Below the pieces are notes generated by a model. It was not told the DNA's origin, made no database searches, and saw only the letters and a list, made by a program, of their open reading frames with translations. Both the position numbers and the translations under genes were made by a program. Below are positions 50,504 through 62,827 of a stretch of 64,000 nucleotides of DNA, piece by piece. Within the stretch, counting starts at the first letter, position 1; each line of letters opens with the position of its first letter. Source of the DNA: an uncultured Gemmatimonadaceae bacterium (GTDB taxonomy: Bacteria; Gemmatimonadota; Gemmatimonadetes; Gemmatimonadales; Gemmatimonadaceae); assembly GCA_963716745.1 (NCBI GenBank), contig OY970320.1:2592001-2656000 (forward strand), given 5' to 3'.

Positions 50504-51736
50504 ATGCATACCCCACTTCGCGTCCTAGCGGTAGTTGGCCTTTGGACCCTTTCGACGGTCTCGGCTTCCACGGCCCAAGCGCCGCATGCGACAGCCGACA
50601 GCCGACAGCCTGCAGTCGTAGTTCTCGCTTTCGACGGTTTCGCCCGGCGGTATTTGGATCAGGATTCTGCGCCTACGTTCCATATGCTTGCGCGAGAAGG
50701 GGTGCTCGCCGAGGCGATGATCCCGAGCTTCCCGACGCTCACCTTTCCCAATTTCTACACTCTGGCGACGGGATTGTACCCGGCGCATACGGGGATCGTG
50801 AACAACCGGTTCTGGGACCCATCGTTCAATGCCATGTTCATCTATACCGGCGCGATGGCGAAGGAGGCGCGGTGGTGGGGCGGGGAACCGATCTGGGCCA
50901 CGGCGCAGAAACAGGGGTTGCGCAGCGCTTCGATGTTCTGGGTGGGCAGCGAAGCACCGATCGGCGGGGTCCAGCCGACGATATTCGTCCCGTTCGACAC
51001 GCGAATCCAGTTCGAGTCGCGCATCGTGCAGATCCTGAGTTGGCTGTCGCTACCGGATTCGGTGCGGCCACACCTCATCATGGGCTACTTCGAGGAGCCC
51101 GATCACACGGGGCACTCGTTCGGCCCCGACGCGCCCGAGACCGCCGCGCAGGTGCTGCGCGCCGACAGCATGCTCGCGATGTTCGTGAATGGACTTCGCG
51201 CGCGCGGCCTCTACGACAAGGTGAATCTCATCGTGGTGGCCGATCACGGCATGTCGGCCGTATCGAAGGATCGCGTGATCTACCTGGACGACGTGGTCGA
51301 TTCCGCCAGCGTGCGCGTGGTCGGCGAGACGTCGCCGGTGCTCACGATCAGCGCGCGCGACGGGAACGACTCAGCGCTCGTGCGCCAGCTGCGAAAGCTT
51401 CCCCACCTTACCGTTTGGCCGCGCGACAGCATCCCGGCTCGGCTCCATTTCTGCTGCAATCAGCGAATCACCGCAGTAGTGGCCGTGACCGACGACGGCT
51501 GGAGCATCACGTGGCGGCACGCCAAACCATCGAAATTGGGCGGCGCGCATGGATACGATAACGCGGACCCGAATATGCGAGCGCTTTTCATTGCGCACGG
51601 GCCGGCGTTCAAGCCGGGGACGACGATCCCCGCGTTCGAGAACGTGAACGTGTACTCATTGCTGGCCGATCTGCTGGGAGTGAAGCCCGCGCCGAATGAC
51701 GGCAGTTTGGCGCCATTTGCTGCGGTGCTGAAGTAG
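50504..51736 (+). CDS. Alkaline phosphatase superfamily, nucleotide pyrophosphatase/phosphodiesterase (ENPP-like)
   Basis: LAFDGF, PTLTFPNFYTLATGLYP, WWGGEPIW, EPDHTGH, ADHGM, GAHGYD. Confidence 0.93.
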   Translation: MHTPLRVLAVVGLWTLSTVSASTAQAPHATADSRQPAVVVLAFDGFARRYLDQDSAPTFHMLAREGVLAEAMIPSFPTLTFPNFYTLATGLYPAHTGIVNNRFWDPSFNAMFIYTGAMAKEARWWGGEPIWATAQKQGLRSASMFWVGSEAPIGGVQPTIFVPFDTRIQFESRIVQILSWLSLPDSVRPHLIMGYFEEPDHTGHSFGPDAPETAAQVLRADSMLAMFVNGLRARGLYDKVNLIVVADHGMSAVSKDRVIYLDDVVDSASVRVVGETSPVLTISARDGNDSALVRQLRKLPHLTVWPRDSIPARLHFCCNQRITAVVAVTDDGWSITWRHAKPSKLGGAHGYDNADPNMRALFIAHGPAFKPGTTIPAFENVNVYSLLADLLGVKPAPNDGSLAPFAAVLK

Positions 51737-51797
51737 GGCTGTGTTTGATTGTTGACAAAATCTATCGGGATACCGATCTTGAGGCGCGAACGGTAGG

Positions 51798-51812
51798 TGA
51801 AAGCCATTCTCA
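51798..51812. promoter_or_regulatory. Possible Fur-type 7-1-7 operator
   Basis: TGAAAGC-C-ATTCTCA versus TGATAAT-n-ATTATCA; AT-rich context, TTGACA at 51752, upstream of a heme oxygenase gene. Confidence 0.4.
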
Positions 51813-51823
51813 TCTAAGCGCTC

Positions 51824-51934
51824 ATGCGGAAGCTGACCAGGAACCTGTCCATCGTCGCGTTCCTGCTCTTTCTGCTCAAGGGGCTGATCTGGCTAGCCCT
51901 GCCTGCGCTTCTCGCCATGAAAGGGTGTCCTTGA
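51824..51934 (+). CDS. Small membrane protein, 36 aa (not in ORF track)
   Basis: MRKLTRNLSIVAFLLFLLKGLIWLALPALLAMKGCP; its stop overlaps the TTG start of the next gene (TTGA). Confidence 0.6.
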   Translation: MRKLTRNLSIVAFLLFLLKGLIWLALPALLAMKGCP

Positions 51935-52559
51935 GCGACCAGACCGCTGTCCCCGCCTTGTCGTCGGCCCTCGCGCTCCGTGAACGCACTCAACCCACCA
52001 TAAGAACGCAGAGCAGTCCGAGTTCCAGCGACAGTTCGTGAGCGGCAAACTCGAGACGGCCGGCTACATCGGCTGGTTGGGGCAGATGTGGTTCGTCTAC
52101 CGCGCAATGGCGGCGCAATTCAGCGCGCGACCCGGGAAGTCGGCCATTTTCTCTGCTGAGCGCGACCGGACAGCGGACCTCGACGCCGATCTGACGTTCT
52201 TTGGGCTTCCGGCCAAGGCGCGCGAGGCGTTGCCGAGCACAAGGGCGTTCATTGGGTTGCTCGCGCAATGGGGCGCGGCCGAAGGCAACGAGTTGTTGGG
52301 TCCCTTGTATGTGCTGGAAGGGAGCACCAACGGTAGCAAGTTCATCGCGCGCGCGGTGCGAAAGGCGTATTTCCTCGAGGGCTCGCAGGGCACAAGATTT
52401 CTGGACCCATATGGCGACGAGCAGACCGCGAAGTGACAGGCGTTCCGCGCGGAGCTGGACTCAGGCGTCGCCGCCGATCAGGTGGATGCGGTGATCGAAT
52501 CCGCGAAGGCGACCTTCGACGCGGTGACTGCGATCGGCGTGGAGCTGCTCGCGCGCTAG
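51931..52559 (+). pseudogene. Biliverdin-producing heme oxygenase, with a frameshift near 51995 and an in-frame TGA at 52434
   Basis: LRERTQ/HHKNAEQSEF (proximal His), LDADLTFFG, LYVLEGSTNG, then AK*QAFRAELD...AKATFDAV continuing in frame to TAG 52559. Confidence 0.8.
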
Positions 52560-52575
52560 ACTAGGGCGGATCTGC

Positions 52576-54085
52576 CTAGGCGGCGGGCTCCGGCTTCGGG
52601 AACAGCGCGTCGCCCTTCTTCACTCGCCAGCCCTTCGGCTCGATGAGTTTGCCGAGTGATCCGGGTTCGTCCGCGCGCCCCGGCGCGCCGAGTTGCTTCC
52701 AGAGCTCGGCGGACTTCTCGGGGATGAACGGCGAGATGCATCGCGCGACGCTCGCGATCACGTAGATCAGCGTCGCGAGTGTTTCCTCCAGCTCGGCGCG
52801 CTTCGCGGGATCCTTCGCGAGTTTCCAGGGCGCCTGCTGGTCGACGTACTGGTTCATCGCGGCCACGCGCGCGAGGAGATTCGCGAGACCTTCGTGCAGC
52901 ATGAGGCCGTCCATCGCGGCGTCGTAGTGCTCGAAGCTCCGCTTGGCGTTCACGGGCACGACGCCGTCGCAGTACTTCTCGACCATCGCGATGGTGCGGC
53001 TCGCGAGATTGCCGAGCGCGTTCGCGAGGTCGGCGTTGTAGCGGTCGTCGAAGCGCTCCCAGCTGAAATTGCCGTCGGTGTCGAACGGCACTTCGCGCAT
53101 CAGGAAATAGCGGAACGCGTCGGCGCCGTACTTGTCGATCGCCTCGCCCAGGTCGAGCTTCACGCCGCTGCTCTTCGAGAACTTCTCGCCGGCGAGCTGC
53201 ACGAAGCCGTGCGCCCAGACTCTCTCAGGCAGCGGAAGGCCGGCGGCCATGAGCATCGCGGGCCAGATCACACAATGGAAACGCGTGATGTCCTTGCCGA
53301 TGACGTGCAACTGCGCCGGCCAGCGGTTCTCGAAGCCGGCATCGGGGAAACCGGTGCCGGTGAGATAGTTCGGCAGCGCGTCGAACCAGACGTACACGGT
53401 CTGTTTGTCGCCGTCGCTCGTAGGGCGGGGGAAGGGCACGCCCCATTTCAGTCGCGAACGGCTCGCCGAGATGTCGTCGAGTCCGCCGCGTAGCAGCGCG
53501 AGGATCTCGTTACGGCGGCTCTCAGGCTGCACGAACTCGGGATGCTGCTCGAATGTGCGCGAGCACGCGCGCGGTGTACGCGCTCAACTTGAAGAACCAG
53601 TTCTTCTCCTCCACCCACTCCAGCGTGAGCGTGGGATGGAGCATGCACTTCCCGTCCTTGATCTCGGCGTCCTGCTTGAAGCTCTCGCAGCCCACGCAAT
53701 AATTGCCCGCGTACGCCTTCTCGTAGAAATCGCCGGGATTGGTCTGGAAGATCCGCTCGATGAGCGCCTGCACGCCGCTCACGTGCGCGGGCGCGGTGGT
53801 GCGAACGAACTGATCGTTCGAGATGTTGAGCCGCTTCCACATCTCCTGGAAAATTTCGGCGATGCGATCGGTCTGCTGCTGGGGCGAAACGCCCGCAGCC
53901 GCGGCGGCCTGCTCCACCTTCTGGCCGTGCTCGTCCATCCCAATGAGCAGCCACACGTCGTCACCCTTCAGCCGGCGATAACGCGCGATCACATCGGCGG
54001 CGATCTTCTCGTACGCGTGCCCAATGTGGGGCTCGCCGTTGGAATAATCGATCGCGGTGGTGAGGTAGAACCTGCGAGGGGCCAC
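52576..54085 (-). CDS. metG: Methionine--tRNA ligase (short form), frameshift near 53552
   Basis: FYLTTAIDY, PHIGH, GMDEHGQK, YVWFDAL, IGKDITRFH, KFSKS; removing one base joins the two ORFs. Confidence 0.93.
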
Positions 54086-54090
54086 GCGGA

Positions 54091-55164
54091 CTACGACGCG
54101 GAAGGCGGGCTGCTCGGGCCCGACGATCCACCGCCGCCCTCGCGGCGGCCGCCGCGACGCCCGCGGCGGCGGCGGCGGGGGGCTTCGGATGACGGCGAAC
54201 TGCTGGCTGTCGGCTGTCGGCTGTCGGTGACTGCCGAGCGAGGCTCATCCTCGAGGATCGATTCGCCGTCGACGACGATCGCGTGCGTGCCGGTGTCTTC
54301 GCGCTCCTCTTCGACGACGGCAGGCTGCGAGACGCCGGCGATCTCCGCTTTGTATTCCACGAGCGTGATGATCCGCGTTTCGCCTTCGGCGTTCCGCAGC
54401 GTCACCCGATCGTTGAAAATATCATTCAGCACGATCTTCTCTTCGCCGAGCGCGGTCGTGACGACCTTCCCTTCTTTCGGGAATCGCTTGCGCGCGGCGG
54501 CGTAGAATTCGTGCTCGTAGCGCAGGCAGCACATGAGACGCCCGCACGCGCCGCTGATCTGGCTTGGATTGAGCGACAGCTTCTGATCCTTCGCCGCCTG
54601 CAGGTTCACGGGACGCAGATCGGGCAGCCAGCTCGCCGAGCAATAATCGCGGCCGCAGCGGCCAATGCCGCCGAGCCGCTTCGCCTCGTCGCGCACACCG
54701 ATCTGCTTGAGTTCGATCCGGGTGCGGAACAGTCCTGCGAGATCGCGCACGAGCGCGCGGAAGTCCACGCGCTTCTCAGCCGTGAAATACAGCGTGATCT
54801 TGCGCTTGTCCCACTGCCACTCGGCGTCGCTGATCTTCATCTGCAGCTTGTGCTCGCGCACGCGCTCGGCAGCCTTGCGACGCGCCTCCTCATCGAGCGC
54901 GCGGAGCTCGGCGTGCTTGCGCTCGTCCTCGCCGCTGGCGGTGCGCAGGATCTTGTGGCTCGGCGTAGCGGTGGCGCCGAGTCCGTGCGCGCAGCCGGCG
55001 CAGCGCTTCTCGGCGGCCTCGCCGGTGGCGTGCACCTTGCCGAGATCCTCGCCGCGATCGACCTCCACGATCACGCTGGCGCGTGTCGCGAGAGGAGATT
55101 CGCCCTCCCAGAGGAAGAATTCCTTGCGGTTGCCTTTAAAGGCGACTTCGGTGAGGTGTGGCAC
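54091..55164 (-). CDS. PSP1 domain protein (RicT/YaaT family)
   Basis: YFTAEKRVDFRALV, RIELKQIGVRDEAKRLGGIGRCGRDYC, ISGACGRLMCCLRYE. Confidence 0.93.
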   Translation of the reverse strand: MPHLTEVAFKGNRKEFFLWEGESPLATRASVIVEVDRGEDLGKVHATGEAAEKRCAGCAHGLGATATPSHKILRTASGEDERKHAELRALDEEARRKAAERVREHKLQMKISDAEWQWDKRKITLYFTAEKRVDFRALVRDLAGLFRTRIELKQIGVRDEAKRLGGIGRCGRDYCSASWLPDLRPVNLQAAKDQKLSLNPSQISGACGRLMCCLRYEHEFYAAARKRFPKEGKVVTTALGEEKIVLNDIFNDRVTLRNAEGETRIITLVEYKAEIAGVSQPAVVEEEREDTGTHAIVVDGESILEDEPRSAVTDSRQPTASSSPSSEAPRRRRRGRRGGRREGGGGSSGPSSPPSAS

Positions 55165-55188
55165 CCCTACAATCTACTCGCTGAGGGC

Positions 55189-55350
55189 AGAGGGGCGGAA
55201 CTGGAACCGCGAGGGGCGGTGCTGGTACCGCTGAGAGGCGCGTGTGGCGTTGGCGTTGGGTCACTGCGGATCCCGCGGGGCTAGCGGTCGCCCAACGCCA
55301 ACGCTACACGCGCCTCTAGCGGTACCAGCACCGCGCCGTTCAGCGGTGCC
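55189..55350. repeat. Gene-less palindrome matching the ends of the four-helix-bundle element
   Basis: Arms 55216-55260 and 55291-55334 are near-perfect inverted; GGTACCGCTGAGAGGCGCGTGTGGCGTTGGCGTTGGG matches 49131-49166. Confidence 0.9.
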
Positions 55351-55367
55351 ACGCACGCCGCCTGCCG

Positions 55368-56330
55368 TTATTCCGTGACCATCCCCATTCGAAGGAATTT
55401 CTCCCTGCGCCGACGCACCAGTTTATCCGGCTTCACGCGGCGCAGATCATCCAACGCACTCGTCAGCGCGGCCTGCAGCGATTTTGCGGCGGTGGCTTGG
55501 TCGATGTGCGCGCCGCCGAGTGGCTCGGGAACGATCTCGTCGATCACGCCGAACTCGAGGAGATCGGTGGCCGTGATGCGCAGCGCCTTGGCGGCGCGCT
55601 CCTTCATCTCGACGCTCTTGCCGTCCTTCCACAGAATGGCGGCGCAGCCTTCCACGGTGATCACGGAGTAGATCGCGTTCTCGAGCATGAGCACGCGGTC
55701 GGCGACGCCGAGTGCGAGCGCGCCGCCGGAGCCACCCTCGCCGATCACGGTCGCGACGATCGGCACTTCGAGGCGGCTCATCTCCAGCAGATTGCGCGCG
55801 ATCGCTTCGGATTGTCCGCGCTCCTCGGCGCCGAGTCCGGCCCACGCGCCCGGCGTGTCAATGAGCGTGAGCACGGGCACTTGGAATTTCTCGGCGAGCT
55901 TCATGAGGCGCAGCGCTTTCCGGTAGCCCTCGGGGTGGGGCATGCCGAAGTTGCGCTTGAGATTCTCCTTGGTGTCGCGGCCGCGCTGGTGGCCGATGAC
56001 CATGACCGTCTCGCCGTCGAGCCGCGCCCAGCCGCCGACGATCGCGGGATCCTCGCGGAAGGCGCGGTCGCCATGCAGCTCGATGAAATCGGTGAAGGCG
56101 AGCGCGATGTAATCGAGCGTGAACGGCCGCTTGGAATTGCGCGCGACCTGCACGCGCTGCAGCGGCGAGAGGTTGCCGTAGACGATGCGGCGCAGTTCGT
56201 CGAGCTTCGCCGCGAGCGGCGCGATCTCGGCGTCCATGTTCACTTGGCCCTGCGCGCCGGTCTTCTTGAGCTCCTCGATCTGCTTCTCGAGCTCCAGGAT
56301 CGGCCGTTCGAACTCCATCGTCGAGCCCAT
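55368..56330 (-). CDS. accA: Acetyl-CoA carboxylase carboxyltransferase alpha
   Basis: ELHGDR, RNFGMPHPEGYRKALRLM, AEERGQSEAIA, GEGGSGGAL. Confidence 0.97.
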   Translation of the reverse strand: MGSTMEFERPILELEKQIEELKKTGAQGQVNMDAEIAPLAAKLDELRRIVYGNLSPLQRVQVARNSKRPFTLDYIALAFTDFIELHGDRAFREDPAIVGGWARLDGETVMVIGHQRGRDTKENLKRNFGMPHPEGYRKALRLMKLAEKFQVPVLTLIDTPGAWAGLGAEERGQSEAIARNLLEMSRLEVPIVATVIGEGGSGGALALGVADRVLMLENAIYSVITVEGCAAILWKDGKSVEMKERAAKALRITATDLLEFGVIDEIVPEPLGGAHIDQATAAKSLQAALTSALDDLRRVKPDKLVRRRREKFLRMGMVTE

Positions 56331-56331
56331 G

Positions 56332-59821
<3,490 letters not shown>

Positions 59822-59951
59822 AGCTCGGCTCTCGGCGCTCGTCTGTCGGCGGCGGATCGGAGCTATATTATAGCCTGCGGCGAGTTCGACGGTGAGGCCT
59901 TGCGGCCGACGACGGCAATTCTAAACGCTTACGACTAACCACTGGACCACT

Positions 59952-61656
59952 ATGAGACTCTCTTCATGTGCGCCGATCGTCATCGCGGCCTCCGTACTCG
60001 CGGCCTGCAACAGCGCTCCATCGTCGACCGAGACGACCGATCAATGTACGGGGACGCCGTTCACGATGACCGACAACGAGGTCACGACCATTCCGGCGAC
60101 GGACGCGCCGTGCGCGACGATGCCGCCGGATGGTGCCACGTACATCGTGACGCCGCAGTACGGGAGCGGCGTGGGGCCGACGACTTCGGTGGGCTATGAG
60201 ATCGGTGCCGTCGCGCCGCCGCAGCAGGATCGCGCACCGTACATGATGACCGGCGACGCGAATCGAGTTCGGCCGTGGGCACGGCGCGGGCACGGGATGC
60301 AGGAGAAGTTCGATTACGGCCTGCGCGAGCGCGAGCGCGCGATCGCCTCGTCGGGTCACAACATCACGGCGTCGCGGAGGCGCCCCACGTCGGCGCTGCG
60401 CACGCTGCCAGTGATCGTCACCGATACGTTCGAAGTGTGCGTCAGTCTCGACTGCACCCAGTTCAAGCTCGACACGGCGACGCTGAAGTATTCCGGCTCC
60501 CACATCGAGATCTTCGTCAGCAATCGTACGCCCTCGGGCGGTTTCACCCCGGCGAACATCACGGCCATGGGGAACACGTTCGATCAGGACCTCTATCCCA
60601 TCGATACCGTCGCGTTCGGCGCGCCGTCGGATCTTGACGGTAACGGCCGCGTGATCGTGCTCATGACGCCGTACGTGAACCAGATCACGCCGTCGAACCA
60701 GTGCGCGACGCTCGGATTCGTGGCCGGCTTCTTCTTCGGGAACGACCTGACGAACGGCTCGCATTCGAACCACGGCGAGATCTTCTATTCGCTGGTGCCC
60801 GATTCGCTCGGAACCTTCAGCTGCATTCACTCGCGCGGCGAGCGTGGGCCCGATCATCCTGCCGACGTTCATTCACGAGTTCCAGCACATGATCTCGTGG
60901 AACCAGCATGTGATCCTGCGCAGTGGCCCGAGCGAGGAGACGTGGCTCAATGAAGGGATGAGTCATATCGCGGAGGAACTCGGATCGCGTTACTACGAGA
61001 ACAAGTATCCGCCGCCGAATGGGCGGACGGATCCGTCACAGCTCTTCCCCGATTCCGCGGAGGGGTTCATCAGCGGCGACTTGGAGAACTCGTACTCGTT
61101 CCTGCAGTCGTCGCCCGGGTCGTCGATCACGCAATTCGCGAGTTCGGGTTCGCTCGAGGAGCGCGGCGGCGCGTGGCTGTTCCTGCGATGGCTCGCGGAC
61201 CAGAAGGACAGCCTGATCCTCGGCAAGCTCGATCAGACATCGCTCACCGGCGTGACGAACGTCGCGACGCAGGCGGGCGAGCCGTTCGAAGCACTCTTCG
61301 GCGATTTCTCGGCCGCCGTGTTCGGCGACAGTCTGCCCGGATTCCCGCGCAACACCATAGTTGCGCGCGATCGGTTCGCGTCGCGCAACCTGCGTCAGAT
61401 CTACAACCGTCTATTCACGACGTCGGGCGGCAGGCTGCCGACAGCATTCCCGGTCGTGGCGCGCACGATGCCGGTGGGCGGGAAGGCCACATCGACGATG
61501 CTCATCGGTACGATGGAGTATTGGAAGCTCACGATGCCGTCGAGCGGTGGCACGATGCAGCTGCACTTCGCCAAGCAGGGCGGCGGAACCTTCCCGTCGA
61601 GCTACACGGCGCAGGTGAGCATCCTCCGCTGTCCGTCGGCGGCTGCGTGTCCGTGA
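59952..61656 (+). CDS. Lipoprotein zinc metallopeptidase (M30/hyicolysin-like), frameshift near 60834
   Basis: Lipobox LAAC, FGAPSDLDGNGRV, GFFFGNDL, HEFQHMI...WLNEGMSHIAE. Confidence 0.75.
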
Positions 61657-61660
61657 CGGC

Positions 61661-62827
61661 ATGATCGACGGCACGAATGAGGGAGCCCGGCGACAGCAGT
61701 CGCCGGGCTCCTTCTCATCCTGGCGCCGCGCGCGCCGCTGGCTCGTGCGCGGCGTGCTGCTCGTGATCGCTGCGCTCGTGCTCTTCGCGGTCGCGACGCC
61801 GATGGGACGGTATCTCGCGCGCGCCGGATGGGCGGAGGCGCGGATCCTGCGGCGGCGCCATCCCATCGCGGCGTTCGTCGCGGACCCGGCGACGGACGCG
61901 GCCACGCGCGCCAAACTCGGACTCGTACTCGCGGCGCGCGGATTCGCCGCGGACTCGCTGCACCTCGATGCGCGCGAGAGCTTCACCACATACAGCGCAC
62001 TCGATCACGACACGCTCGTGCTCGTGGTATCCGCCGCGTACCGAGACACGCTCGCGTTCCACACCTGGTGGTTCCCGATCGTGGGCAGCGTGCCGTACAA
62101 GGGGTTCTTCCGCGCGGCGGACGCGCTCGCCGAAGCGGCTTCTCTCGAACGTGAGGGCTACGACACGATCGTGCGGCCGGCGTCGGCGTTCAGCACGCTC
62201 GGTTGGTTCAACGACCCGCTGCTCTCCACGACGCTCGCCGAGGACAGCACGTCGCTCGCGAACACAGTGATCCACGAGCTGCTGCACAACACGTTCTACG
62301 CGCCGGGTTCATCGGCGTTCAACGAAAGCTTCGCGAATTTCGTGGGCTCGCGCGGCGCTGAGCGGTTCTTCGAGGCGCGGGGCGACAGTGCGCACGCGGC
62401 GAAGGAGCGCGTGGAATGGGAGCGTGAGAAATATCTCGGGCGTTTCTGGACCACCGTATACAACTCCGTGGACTCGGCGTTCAAGGCGCACCCGGGTGAT
62501 CGCGCCGCGCGGCTGGCGGCGCGCGACACCGTGTTCACCCGGATGCGGGAGTATTTCACGCGCGACGTGCGGCCGAACGTACCGGGCGTGCCGCCGGGGG
62601 CGCCGTTGGGCCTGCGGTTGGACAACGTGACCGTGATGTCGCGCCGGCTCTATCGCACCGGGCTCGATGACTTCGACGCGGTGTACGCGCACGAGGGGAA
62701 CGATCTGAATCGCGCGATCGCGAAGATCACCGAGCTGGCGCGCGCACGGCCGAAGGAACCGTTCGCCGCGGTGCGCGAGTGGGTGAGCTCAGCCGGCGCC
62801 GAAGCGCCCGCGCAGCAGCGCCCGTAG
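61661..62827 (+). CDS. Putative zinc aminopeptidase (Aminopep/DUF2265 family)
   Basis: WWFPIVGSVPYKGFF, AFSTLGWFNDP, IHELLH, FNESFANFV; start may be downstream. Confidence 0.88.
   Translation: MIDGTNEGARRQQSPGSFSSWRRARRWLVRGVLLVIAALVLFAVATPMGRYLARAGWAEARILRRRHPIAAFVADPATDAATRAKLGLVLAARGFAADSLHLDARESFTTYSALDHDTLVLVVSAAYRDTLAFHTWWFPIVGSVPYKGFFRAADALAEAASLEREGYDTIVRPASAFSTLGWFNDPLLSTTLAEDSTSLANTVIHELLHNTFYAPGSSAFNESFANFVGSRGAERFFEARGDSAHAAKERVEWEREKYLGRFWTTVYNSVDSAFKAHPGDRAARLAARDTVFTRMREYFTRDVRPNVPGVPPGAPLGLRLDNVTVMSRRLYRTGLDDFDAVYAHEGNDLNRAIAKITELARARPKEPFAAVREWVSSAGAEAPAQQRP

Noticed and set aside
52434..52436. Selenocysteine or genetic-code reassignment at the heme oxygenase TGA
   Set aside because: The expected residue is Trp, not Cys, and TGA is a normal stop throughout the window.
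62789..62827. 39-bp convergent overlap of aminopeptidase and helicase genes
   Set aside because: Short tail overlaps are common in high-GC genomes and both tails are low-complexity.
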